64,000 bases of DNA from NCBI RefSeq assembly GCF_001194135.2, contig NC_068999.1, positions 48,846,837 to 48,910,836 of the forward strand, in the 5' to 3' direction. Below are positions 11,112 through 24,887 of the stretch, piece after piece. The notes beneath the pieces were generated by a model. That model did not search any database, was not told where the DNA came from, and worked only from the letters and a program-made list of their open reading frames with translations. The DNA comes from Octopus bimaculoides (Eukaryota). Position 1 is the first letter of the stretch; each line of letters opens with the position of its first letter. The position numbers were made by a program, and so were the translations under genes.

Positions 11112-14100
11112 ACACACAGTTTACTGTTCCACAGAGGTAAGATCAACAAAAGAAAGAACTCCATCTGGTAAGATATAAATATCATTTAATGTATACAGTA
11201 TGAGCTACTGATAGTTATTTGCTTTGAAGACAAGTGCTTAGGCAAGTTTTTATAACACATCTTGAGTCTCCAAGCAACCTGCAGGCCTTTTTGGTGCCAA
11301 TTTATTTTAATTTATTTTAGTAGTTGTGCCTACCCGGAGTATTTACTCATATATATATATATATATGGCACTCCGTCGCTTACAACGATGAGTGTTCCAG
11401 TTGATCCGATCAACGGAACAGCCTGCTCGTGAAATTAACGTGCAAGTGGCTGAGCACTCCACAGACACATGTACCCTTAACGTAGTTCTCGGGGATATTC
11501 AGCGTAGCCCCTTTGAATTACAGGCACAACAGAAACAGGAAGTAAGAGTGAGAGAAAGTTGTGGTGAAAGAGTACAGCAGGGTTCGCCACCATCCCCTGC
11601 TGGAGCCTCTTGGAGCTTTAGGTGTTTTTGCTCAATAAACACTCACAACGCCCGGTCTGGGAATCGAAACCGCGAGTCCGCCGCCCTAACCACTGGGCCA
11701 TTGCGCCTCCACTACACACGACACACACATAAGTAATACCTCAAGTTGATTGTCATAAAATGTGCCACTAATACTTACAAACAATTTCTTGTAGCCAAAT
11801 CTTTGTGAACTATCTTTTTCCGATGCAAAAACTGGACTCCTCGGATTATTTGTATTGCCATGTAGACTAACTGCTGCGTGTTGAGAGCCTGAAATTTAAA
11901 ATCAAGTTGTCATCAATGTCAATTTACAACCATGCAAACAATACAGTTCAGGTTTAAAACCCTGAGCAGACTATCAACTTTTCACATAACAAACATACAA
12001 GCTTGCATGGTCTGCTGCACAAGAGAAACATTTATAAAAGTGATTTGCTTCTTGCTAGATGTTGCATGAATATGACAAATGATAATTAATCAATCATCAT
12101 CATCGTCATCATTTAACGTCTGTTTTCCATGCTGGCATGGGTTGGACAGTTTGACAGGAGCTGGTAAACCAGAAAACTGCATCAGACCCCAATTGTCTGT
12201 TTTGACCTGGTTTCTACAGTTGTATGCCCTTCCTAATGCCAACCATTTTACAGAGTGTACTGGGTGTCTTTTACATGGCACCAGCATGGATGCTTTATAC
12301 ATGGCACTGGCACAGGTGCATTTTACATGGCACCAGCACAGGTGCTTCTCACCTGGCACCGGGATGGGTACTTTTCTCCCATGGAACCAGCATGTAATCA
12401 ATGAACTTTATTAATCCACTCAAATATATAATATGAAACCTTATTTACCTTTAAAAACATGCACGCAGTAGGACTGAACCCGGAACCATATGGTTGGTAA
12501 GCAAGCTACTTACCAACATATTGAGTTCTATGTCAGATAATGCTTGCTCTCTGTGAAGTATATTTTCAAGAGATTTCACTCGTATATTACTTTATCACAC
12601 ACATACACACACATGCGTTAAAAAATAAACAAATTCTCAAAGAGAGTAAAAAAAACATACGTAATGTGAACCACATTCTGACATGCGGCATTTCTGTAAA
12701 AACTTTTTTAGGTTGCCTTCACTGGTGGCATGAAATACTATGAGGGGTTGTTGATCGGGTGGGGTGAGGCATGCTGCTAGTACTGGGTTGATGTTTTCAT
12801 GTATAAGCCCTTTGAGCATGCAGCATTCTTGCAGGAACACTTGAGTCTGATCCGAACGTGCTTGGTCTGCAATTAACAACAATATTGGAAAAATAAAAAA
12901 AAATAAGATAAACGATTATCACAATAGTAATTTCTCACTTTGATACAAACCTTTATGTTTTACGTTTAACCCTTTAGCATTCAGATTATTCTATCAAATG
13001 TAAAGGCTAAAGGGTAAAGACCCCCCTTCAGTCATAAATGACCATGGGGTTGCACCTAGAAAGTTCCCTTCCGAGGCACAAGTCCAGGCAAGGTTGTTTA
13101 TGCATACCAGCCTCCCCTCTCTGCATCACTGATGTTATCCAAGGGAAAAGCAAACGGGCCGATACAGCTTGGCACCAGTGACGTCACAAATCATTTCTAC
13201 AGCTGAGTGAATTGGAGCAATGTGAAATAAAGTGTCTTGCTCAAGAACACAATATGCAGCCCGGTCTGGGAATTGAGAGCCTGATGCTCTAACCAGAGCC
13301 ATGCACCTTCACTGTCAAATGTAATGCTTATTTATTCACATTGTTTTGAATTAATCATGCGTTATCTCATAGCTTTTCATAGATTTTCATGATGTGATTG
13401 CTTATTTTTAGAATGACAATGTAGGATAGGTGTGAGAGGCTAGATCTGGTTAGTTTGAACATAAAACAGGTAAAATATTTAAGCCAGATATGGCCAGTTC
13501 AAATGCTAAACGGATAAAGAAAAACTGTAATTGATTGAATTAATGATAGTACATAGGATTACATTCTGAATTAAACTCACCTGTGATAGTTTTGATAAAT
13601 ACTTCTTGCTCAAATTCCCCTCCTTTCTCATCCTCTGTGATAATTGTTCCACAATAAATTTGACCAAATGTTCCTTGAAGAATAAAAACAAAATAAATAA
13701 ACAGGAATGAGGACAATGATGATAATGGTGGGGGTGCTGGCAATGGTGACGTCTAACTTTAGAATTTATAAGGAGGGGAAACTGGCATTTCGATGGTTAC
13801 AGTGGATGAGGGTTCCAGTTGATCCAATCAATGGATCAGCCTGATCGTGAAAATAATGTGTAAGTGGTTGAGTAGTCCACAGACATTCATACCCTTAAAG
13901 TAGTTTTGAGGGAGATTCGGTGAAACATACCAAATGTGATAAGGGTGGCCCTTTGAAATACAGGTACAACTAATTTTTGCCAGTTGAGTGGGCTGGAGCA
14001 ATGAGAAATAAAATGTCTTGCTCAAGGACCCAATGCGCCACCAGGAATTGAACTCCTGACCTTAAAAACTGTGAGCCAAATACCCTAGCCATCAAGCCAT

Positions 14101-14135
14101 ACACCTTCACACAGGGAGAGAATTAACCAAATGAA

Positions 14136-14170
<35 letters not shown>

Positions 14171-17100
14171 GTCCCTTAAAATTTTAAATTGCAAGAATAT
14201 GGAGTATGAAAACAGTAAAGGTTAATGGGAACTGCATTGGGAACTGTAAGCAAATATATAGACAAAAGGATGAAGGAAATTAGAAAAGAATGTCCTGTAG
14301 AGCTTCTACAGACAGTTTGCCTCTTAGGGACAGGAATGATTATCAGAATTGTCTTAAGCACTTGAAAGACAACTGAAAGCTTGTGGATACCTAAGGTTAC
14401 AGGTATTAACCCGCTATCCACATAAATTCTATCAGGAATAAGAACAGTGGAATTTGAACCTAGAAAATAAGGACAGATGAAATGCCACTAAGCAATTTGC
14501 CTAGTGTGCTAATGATTCTGCCAGCTCGCTGCCTTAATAACTAATGACATTAGTCACTGAATAACATGATTTTTTAAAAAACTTGTTGCATGTTTTAAGT
14601 ACGTCAGTACCTTATTTTTACCTACTAAGTATATCTCCAGACACACATCAGTTTATTAATGTTACATAATGGAGAATATATTTAAACTCTTCCTCATACT
14701 TTATTTTTTTTACACTGAGTTACAAAAAACACAAATTGCAGACAGACAAAAATCCATGATATATGAGCTGGTAGTATATGATAGCTTAATTAGACAGCTA
14801 TTTTTGGTTTCCATCATTTTGTAAGGGTTTAAAAACAGGAAGAAAAATATAAGCAAAATAAAAAAAAAATTTTTAATCAACACTAAATAAATATTGTTAT
14901 ATTTTAGTTATACCCCTTTGCGAGCATTCTGTAACATAATACAAAGAAATATTTGACTCAATATTAAACAGGAAAAAGGCAGTGAGCTAGCTGAATCATT
15001 AGCATATCGGGCAAAAATGCTTAACGGCATTTCATCCGTCTTTATGTCCCGAGTTCAAATTCCACCAAGATCGACTTTGGCCTCTCATCTTTTTGGAGTT
15101 GATGAAATAAGTATCAGTTGAGTACGAGGGTTGATGCAATTGACCAGCTCCCTGCCCCCAACAAAATCTCAGGCTTTGTGCCTACAGTAGAAAGGATTAT
15201 TATTATTATTATTATTATGTTGTTTTTTCTTCTTTCTTCAAATTTTCTTCCATTTCTCGCCGAGTGTTTTTTGTACACCTAGGGCAGAGAAGCTCATTGT
15301 ATGCATTCCCAGTTTACACACACAAATTCACAGGTAAAATATGTATTTAAAAAAGATAATAATAAATAAATTCATGAATTGGTGTTGTTTTCACAGCGAT
15401 AATACTCTTCTCAGTACATGAGTCGTTCCAGTTAACATGATTTTTTGCACTTCCTGTAGGGATGGTAAGCCTGGTATCATTTTCAAATAGGTTTCAGTAC
15501 CTTTTTTTATCATTCTTAGAGATCCTACAATCACTGGTACGGTAGTCGTCTTGAGGTGCCACATTTTTTCAATTTCTATTAGCAAGTCTTTATATTTATT
15601 ATTTCTATTAGCAAGTCTTTATTATTATTATTATTATTATTATTAAGGTAGCAAGCTAGCAGAACTGTCAACATGCTGGGCAAAATGCTTAGCGGTATTT
15701 AGTCTGTCTTTACATTCTGTGTTCAAATTCTGCCGAGGTTGACTTTGCCTTTCATCTTTTGGGGCCAATAAAACAAATACTTGCTGAGTACTGGGGTTGA
15801 TGTAATCCACTTGCTCACCCACTTTACGAACTCACTGGCCTTGTGCCAAAACTTGAAACCAATATGAAACAGCAAAAATTGATTAAAGGGTTTTTTTTTT
15901 TCCCTTTTTTTACATATAGACACAGCTGCGGATAGGCACAGGTGTGGTTATGAAGCTTGCTTCCCAACTGTATGGTCCCATGTTCAGTCCCATTGCGTGG
16001 TACCTTGGGCGAGTGTTTTCTGCCATAGCCCCAAACCAACCAAAACCTTGTACATGGATTTGATTAATGGAAACTGAAAGAAGCCTAACGTGTGTGTGTG
16101 TGTGTGTGTGCACATGTGTGTACTCTAGTCTAGGCATTACATGATGGTTGTAAATGAGCATCACTGTCATATAAGCAATGTTGTTCGTTTACATTCTCCT
16201 GTGCAAAACATGGAAGCAGGTGAGGGTTGGTGACAGTAAGGGCATCCAACTGTAGAGAATCTGCCACAACAAATTCCATCCGATCCATGCAAGCAAGAAA
16301 AAGCAGACATTAAGACAACAATGACAATGATGATAAAGATGATGCTGAACCCAATCAAATACATGAAGCAAACAACTCTGACAATAACAGTGGCACCCAA
16401 TATTTTAGTGGTCAGATATGCTTCATGATAAAGCATAGACTGGGTGAAGGTATGGTGATGATAATTAATGGTGATGATAATTAATGGTGTACAATTAGCT
16501 TATTACGAGATGGAAACAGAACTGGTCTTTAGGATCAGAAATTACCTTCAAGCAAGATTTCACCTAGAGTTATTCGGTTTCTTTCTATTGAAATTTCTTC
16601 TAATAAAAGTCGGGGATCAGTTCCTTTTGTGTCCATGGGTATACAGATACCCTGCCGGAAATTTGGAAGACCTGAAAAAATACGAATTAAATAGAATAAA
16701 GCAAGAGGGCAATAAAATAGATGGAGAAAGAGAAAATAAAGAGGTTTTCTTTTTGTTTTTTTTGTTCTGTCAAAACCTCCATGCAGTTAAAAAGTTTGAT
16801 TTCCAACCACATGGTCTGGGGTTTGGTCTCATTGCATGATATCTTGGGCAAGTGTCTTTACTATAGTCCTGGGATGACCAAAACCTTGTGAATCGATTTG
16901 GTAGACAGAAAACGGAAAAAGCCTGGTGTGTGTGTGTGAGAGAGTGAGAGACTTACAGAGGGGACAACAGGGGGCTTAGAGTCTTGGTGGTTTGCTGTGC
17001 TTGAAAAGGAATTCCAAGCTAAATATAAGTATGGCTGCCCTTGCATACAGGCTTGTCCCCTGTAACCCTCTCCACCTGAGCATCCCTAATCTTTTAGGCT

Positions 17101-19924
17101 CATAAGAGCTGGTCCCACGTAAAAAGCATTTGTGCCGGTGCTGCATAAAAGCACCCAGTCCACTCTGTAAAGGGGTTGGCATTAAGAAGGGCACCCAGAC
17201 ATAGAAACCAAGCCAAAACAGACATGGAGCCTGAACAGCCCTTCAGCTGGTCAGCTCTTGTCAAACTGTCCAACTCATGCCAGCATGGAAAATAGACATT
17301 AAATGATGATGATGATGATATATATTTCTTTTCTTTCTTTTCGCCCTTTCAAAGCCTAGCCAGGCTCATGGGCCCGGTTTCTATGGTGTATGTGTTCCAC
17401 CCAGCTGGACGGGACGCCAGTCCATCGCAGTGTTACTCAAGAAACAGGAAGAAAGAGTGAGAGAAAGTTGGGGCGAAAGAGTACAACAGGGGTCGCCACC
17501 ACCCCCTGCTGGAGCCTCGTGGAGCTTAAATGTTTTCGCTCAATAAACACTCACAACGCCCAGTCTGGGAATCGAAACCGCGATCCTCTGACCGCGAGTC
17601 TGCTGCCCTAACCACTGGGCCATTGCGCCTCCACGATGATATATATATATATATATATAAATAGCCAAACTTACCAGAACCTGTAGTATTGTTCGGAGTA
17701 TCAGCTCGCAAGAATGTCTGGCTTTGTTGAGTGAGTGCTTGTGAGCTGCTTGTGTCACTGAAATCATCATCAAAGATGAAAAAAAAGAACAAGAGAAAAA
17801 CATAAAAACCTTTTTCAACATAATTTTAATTAAACAGAAAAAAAAGAGACAAAAACAAAAGTGATAAAAGAAAAGGAAAGAAGACAGTTAAAAAAAAATA
17901 TATTCTTGTGATCCTTGCGATCTTTAAGAATCCTTATATACAAAGCTTAAGTGCTGCTATAACTTCCAAATGTGCTAAGTAGGACGTAACGTTAAGAGTT
18001 TGTATCTAAGCAAGATATATATATATATATATATANNNNNNNNNNNNNNNNNNNNNNNNNNNNNNNNNNNNNNNNNNNNNNNNNNNNNNNNNNNNNNNNN
18101 NNNNNNNNNNNNNNNNNNNNNNNNNNNNNNNNNNNNNNNNNNNNNNNNNNNNNNNNNNNNNNNNNNNNNNNNNNNNNNNNNNNNNNNNNNNNNNNNNNNN
18201 NNNNNNNNNNNNNNNNNNNNNNNNNNNNNNNNNNNNNNNNNNNNNNNNNNNNNNNNNNNNNNNNNNNNNNNNNNNNNNNNNNNNNNNNNNNNNNNNNNNN
18301 NNNNNNNNNNNNNNNNNNNNNNNNNNNNNNNNNNNNNNNNNNNNNNNNNNNNNNNNNNNNNNNNNNNNNNNNNNNNNNNNNNNNNNNNNNNNNNNNNNNN
18401 NNNNNNNNNNNNNNNNNNNNNNNNNNNNNNNNNNNNNNNNNNNNNNNNNNNNNNNNNNNNNNNNNNNNNNNNNNNNNNNNNNNNNNNNNNNNNNNNNNNN
18501 NNNNNNNNNNNNNNNNNNNNNNNNNNNNNNNNNNNNNNTATGTTGATGCAAACAGGAAAAACAGACTTTGAATCATTCTGTTACTTCTGCTAAATATTAA
18601 GAAATATATATAAATGTGTGTGTGTATATAAAATATATATTTAGTTGAAATTTATAGAAAAATGAAAGATGAAGATAGGTGTATGAACAACAAGCAGGTG
18701 TATTAGTTTGATGCTCAGGAAAGTGAAAAAGTCTTTTACGTTTCGAGCCTATGCTCTTCAACAGAAACGAATAAGAGAAAATAAAGAGAGAGAGAATGAG
18801 AAAAAAAAAAAAAAAACTTGTGGATTTAGCGGTCAAGCATGGCAACTGTATGTATATGTATATATGTATACTGCGTTGTGTAAATATCTATTTACCTATT
18901 TATTCCATGTGTTGACCATTTTGTGATCAGAAGCACTTTATCAACAAGTTATTAGTCATTTTTTTAAATCAATATTAAATGAGAGGGGGATAAAGTAGTG
19001 AGTGGGCAGAATCATTAACATACTGGGCAAAATGCTTAGCAGCATTTCGTCTGTCTTAACATTATTAGTTCAAATACAGCCGAGGTTGACTTTCCTTTTC
19101 ATCCTTTCGGGGTCAATAAAATAAGTACTGGTTGAAGACTAGGGTCAGTGTAAATGACTTACCCAGTTCCCTTGGACTTGCCGGCCTTGTGCCAAAATCT
19201 GACATCAACATTAAGTTGTAGCTTTGATAATTATCCCAGGGGTATTTAGGAAAGTAAATAAAATGAAATAGATTTGATGAGACACTGAGCTTGGGTAACC
19301 AGGAGATTACTGACAATGTCCCATTACTTCATAAATGTGTATATACACACACATAGACACACACACACACACACACATAGACACACATACATGGAGAAAT
19401 ATACATATATACACACACACATAAATTCTAATTTTGGCACAGTACCAGCAATTGTTAAGGGAAGTGGGAAAGCCAATTGCATTGAACTTCAGTAATTGAC
19501 TGGTATTTTATTTTATTGACCCCTGAAAGGATAAAAGGTAAAATTGACCTTGATAGGATTTGAACTCAGAATGTAAAGAGGCCTAAGACATGTGACATGC
19601 TAATGTCTGATGTGCTAATGACTCTGCCAGTTTGCCACTTTCACACACCTAAATACAGATATAAATATGTACACACACACACACACAACTACATATAAAT
19701 ATGCACACACATTTATATACACATACAGACCCTTATCAAACAGCATAGACCCATATGTATGCGCACACAAACTAATAAACACAAGCACACATATCTCTAC
19801 ATAGAGCAGGGATGGGATCATTTATTTGAATTGGTGGGGGTCTTTGACGAAATCAAGAAGCCAGATACTAAATGTTAGTCATTGTGGAAATAAACTATAA
19901 ATAATCATAGACATGTGTGAGAGA

Positions 19925-19974
<50 letters not shown>

Positions 19975-21614
19975 GTAATTGAATATAGAAAACTTAAGAA
20001 CACCCTTCATAGTTAAGTAGGCGTGGAGAAACAGAAGAGTTTTTCACTCTGATGGGGGTAGACAGACAGACAGACAGATAGATGAATGGGTAGATGGACA
20101 GGCAGAGATGCATAGATAAACAAGCAGATATGTAGGTAAACAGACAGAGGGATAGACAGACAGTCATATGAATGAATGAATATATATATATATATATATG
20201 GAGAGAGGGGGAGGGAGGGGGAAGACAGACAGTAAGATATATGTATGTGTGTGTAGGTAAATACATATGTATGTATGTAGACAGAATGAGACAAGCAGAA
20301 AGATGGATGGATAGATAGGAAGGTTTATATATTGAGATAAACAGACAGAGGTGGACAGGTAGATAGAAAGATAGACAGACAGACAGAACCCCCCCCCCCA
20401 GATTAGTGGTCTAATTAGCAATTAACTCTTAACACACAATCACAACTATTTGCAAATAGGCATTTTGAAGAGATATAGTTCACTGGAGAGCCCTGTATTA
20501 GCTTGCAGTGTTGATCTTTCTTCTTTACTGTATCACATGTCTTCAAATGAGTGCCAGCATGGTTGTACAGTTAAGAAGACTGATTAGCAGCTATGTGGTT
20601 CTGGGTTCGATCCTACTTTCTACCATAACCCTGGGTTGATTTATGTTTTGTGAGTGGAATTTGGTAGGCAGAAATTGCAAGTTTGTCATGGATATAAAAA
20701 AAGGGTGAGTCAAAAAGTAATGCAATTACTGAAATAAAAGTATCTTGCTCAAGGACACAATGCGCTGCCAGGACTTGAACTCACAACTATATGATCATGA
20801 GATAAATAGTCCAACCGCTAAACCACACGCCTTCACCAACTCATGCTTGCATGTAAAAGACAAGAGTGTGTCTATGTATGTGCACATACATGTGTGTTCA
20901 TTGTCACCTGTGTAAAGCGGTGTGGCATGTTGCATCCCTTTAAGTCAAAAGTCTACATATCCATTTGACTGAGATCAATTAGATAAGTACTGGGTTAGAA
21001 TAAAGGCTGTGATTGGATATCATCGACTAAAAATCCTTAAAGGTATACTCGTAACAGCCATAGTTCAGTGACTGAAATTAATAAAAGAATATATTTGAAG
21101 TAACAATTGGCTATATAAGGGAGGTAACTGAAATGCTTTGTAGATTATTCTTGAATGAAAATAGTTAAATTTTTCTCCCTTTAAATCACGTACTCCTTAC
21201 CGCCATACATGACATATTCTCAAATAATTTTTTCTACTTTTAAACCAAGCAAAGAATTATTGTTATAATTATACTGGAGAAGCCTGTCCCAGTATATGAC
21301 AAAAGCTACATATTTCCATTTTCCATGCAGCCTAGTTTGACTTTGTCAGTTTGAGTTTAAAAAAATATTACCAGTCACATACTACAGCTTATTTAATCTT
21401 ATGCATTAGATGGCCAACCTATGAAGTTACCCCAGGTTTCACGTCCATAAAGCACTTAGCTTTACAGCATCTTCTCAGCCCCTAATGCACTTCATAGATG
21501 CAAAACCCTGGTAAGACCATTGACCAGTCATGGCTATCTCTATCTAAATATCTAAATACTCTACAGCTCTATAACTTAGAGTGTGCTTCCTTTTTGGATT
21601 TATGATTTACTGAT

Positions 21615-21657
<43 letters not shown>

Positions 21658-23291
21658 CAATCAGAGGTTATGTTAGCTTCATGAAGGGATGGTGTCATCC
21701 AAGGAAATACTGGTTCAGTACCTAATGTCTTGGGGGGTGGATGAGGGTGGATGGGAGGAGCTGGGAAGGAGATAAAAATAATAGTTACAGGGTACCAGAG
21801 CAAACTCTCAAGGTACAAGAGGGTGAGCATAAGAGAGGAGGAGGAGGAGGAGACTGGGTAGGTTCATGTTGCTCCAGTCAACTCAGCTGGCAAATATGAG
21901 TTGTACCTGTAATTCAAAGAGCCAGCTTTGTCACATTCTGTGTTTCGCTGAATCTCTCAGAGAACTACTTAAGGGTAGGCATGTTTGTGGAGTGCCACTT
22001 GCACGTTAATCTCATGAGGTTGATGTTCCATTGATAGGATCAACTGGAACACTCATCGTCGTAACTGACGGAATGCCAGTTTTTTTTTAAGCAGGAGTTG
22101 AATGTCGAGTTATTCTGGGTTAGGATTTTACAACCAGATGCTCTTCCTATCGCTAAACCTTCTCAGTTTTACAAGGACTTTTGTTTTTGCTTCAGAAGTA
22201 TTTCGTCTGCCGTTACGTTCTGAATTCAAATTCCGCCGAGGTCGACTTTGCCTTTCATCCTTTCAGGGTCGATAAATTAAGTACCAGTTACGCACTGGGG
22301 TCAATGTAATTGACTTAACCCATTTGTCTGTCCCCTCTATGTTTAGCCCCTTGTGGGCAATAAAGAAATAAGAATCATTAACACGTTGGGTGAAATGCTT
22401 AGCGGTATTTCATATGTGGCTACTTTCTGAGTTCAAATTCCACCGAAGTCGACGTTGCCTTTCATCCTTTTGGGGTCGATTAAATAAGTACCAGTCATGC
22501 ACTGCGGTTGATGTAGTCGATTTAATCCCTTCCTCCAAATTTGAGGCCTTCTGCTTCTAGTACAAAGGATTATCATCTCTCGTTTCTTCCTATCGTGACA
22601 TCTATTTGTTCAGAGTCTTACTGTTATAACCTTGCACTTAAACTCATTTCTTGTCTATCACCACAAACTACCCTTTCCTAACCAACCGACGAGAGAGGTA
22701 CTTTAATGTGTTTGACCAACCTGCTAGAAATAGCAACCAAATTTCCCTCAAACCATTTATCAGGATCTCAAAAAAAAAGGCACAAGGTCAAACAAACAAA
22801 GTAGCTCAAGACACCCTTTATAAGACAGGATGGTCATGGTTGGAATATTTTTGATTATAGATCTGCTCGATTAGAGTTGAGCTGGAGCTAAACATCCACA
22901 ACAGCTGCTTCCTCATTGGTTACATAAGTCTTACCATTAAAATTACAGATGCGTGTGAGAATAAATATGCACAAACTCTCCATGGTATAAATAAACACCC
23001 ACCAACTTCACCAAACGTACCCAAGAAACAACCAACAGAGGTCGTACAGTTATTTCCAGAGAAATTAGTTTCTATTGAGCTAAAAGTTCCCCGGCTTCGT
23101 AGCCAAACTCGATAATAATGGCGTGAAACTCTCTAAAGACCAGCCAAACGAAAATCTCTTAATCCAATCATGAACAATAGGGTTTACACAAAACGAGGCC
23201 AGAAAAGCAATGATTTGCAGCTTGAAGAAAGAGAAAGGAAGGAAAAGCATGATTGTGTGTGTGTATTATACGTACATACATATATGCACGC

Positions 23292-23323
<32 letters not shown>

Positions 23324-24050
23324 GGGGGGGGAAGGAGAGAGGGAGAGACAGAGATAGATGAAAGGAGAAATTTCTCCTACCACACACACACACGCGTGCT
23401 TCAATAAACTTATATAAGGTAGCAATACATATGCCCACACCCACACAGTAACACTCGTAGATATACAAACCTATAAATGTAGACAAACACATACAAATTC
23501 CTGAAGTCACAGAGGTTCAATAAACAGATATATTTATACATGATACTATTGAAAAAGGCTCACACACACACACACAAGCATTTATACGTAAACAAACACG
23601 CATACTTATATGTTCGCATATCTGGTCGACTACTCACATATATGCGCACATAGATTCATTCATAAACACACACACACACACACACGCCACCAATAAATCA
23701 AAGAAGCCAAAGGGAAGTAACTCTTAATAAAAACCAAACAGCAGGAAACGTGTTGATGTTTGCAGCCGATTAAATTAGACACGTTCTCCTCTTCGTTGTA
23801 TTTCCTTTGGCATTTTTATTTCTTGTTCGCCCTCTTTGACTCAGCACCAATGAAATGGTTCAGAACTTATCTTTTTCCATCATCGCCACCACTTATTTTT
23901 CCACGTCTCTATTAGTTCTTTAGTGCTAAACCACGCACTCACACACGTACAAATGAATGCATACAAAACTAGCGCACACTCACGCAGAGATTCAGAAATA
24001 TAAACAAATATACATATATATACGCACGCACAGACAGATAGACACACACA

Positions 24051-24108
<58 letters not shown>

Positions 24109-24215
24109 TCGATTACACATATATATATATTCACACACATGTAGATATGTATATATATTTACACGCACGTACACATACACACAGAGGTCATATATATATA
24201 TATATATATATATAT

Positions 24216-24248
<33 letters not shown>

Positions 24249-24832
24249 GGAGGGATTTGAGAATACAGAAATTTGAGGATATGCATTTATATCATTACAA
24301 AACACGCACACAAACAGAAATAAAATATCTGCCGTACAAGTGTAACACATACTCAGAAAAACACATCCATATCTATGCACATAAACGCCAGTATTGACAA
24401 TTAAAACATCAAAAGTAGAGGACGAACTAACAAGGTTCAACTTCCTATTAACCTACTGACTGGCTTCCAATGAATTGCAGGTGTATGTGCATCCGTCTGT
24501 ATTTGTGAACGTGTGTTGCTGAATAGCTTATGTAAGAGAATATGCGTTTGTGTGTGTGTGCGTGTGTTGCTCTAGAAATGTGTACTGGTATGTGTGTGTG
24601 TTTGTGGAAGTATATGTGAACTGGTGTATGTATTTGTGTATGTGTGTGTGTGAGTGACTTATGTGTCAGTGAAATTGGTACATATCATATGTGTGGTTGT
24701 ATCCGAATGTTCGACTGTCGGTGTATGTAAGCTGGCGAGTGTAAGATGTGCATCGATATATTGCTGTATGCCTGTTTATGACTATTTATCTGTGAATGTG
24801 TATGTATGCACACACACACATTTATAAATGAG

Positions 24833-24887
<55 letters not shown>

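Noticed and set aside
17570-17635. tRNA-like sequences with A and B boxes (also heads of families A, B and D)
   Set aside because: They continue into SINE bodies and lack a complete cloverleaf; not tRNA genes.
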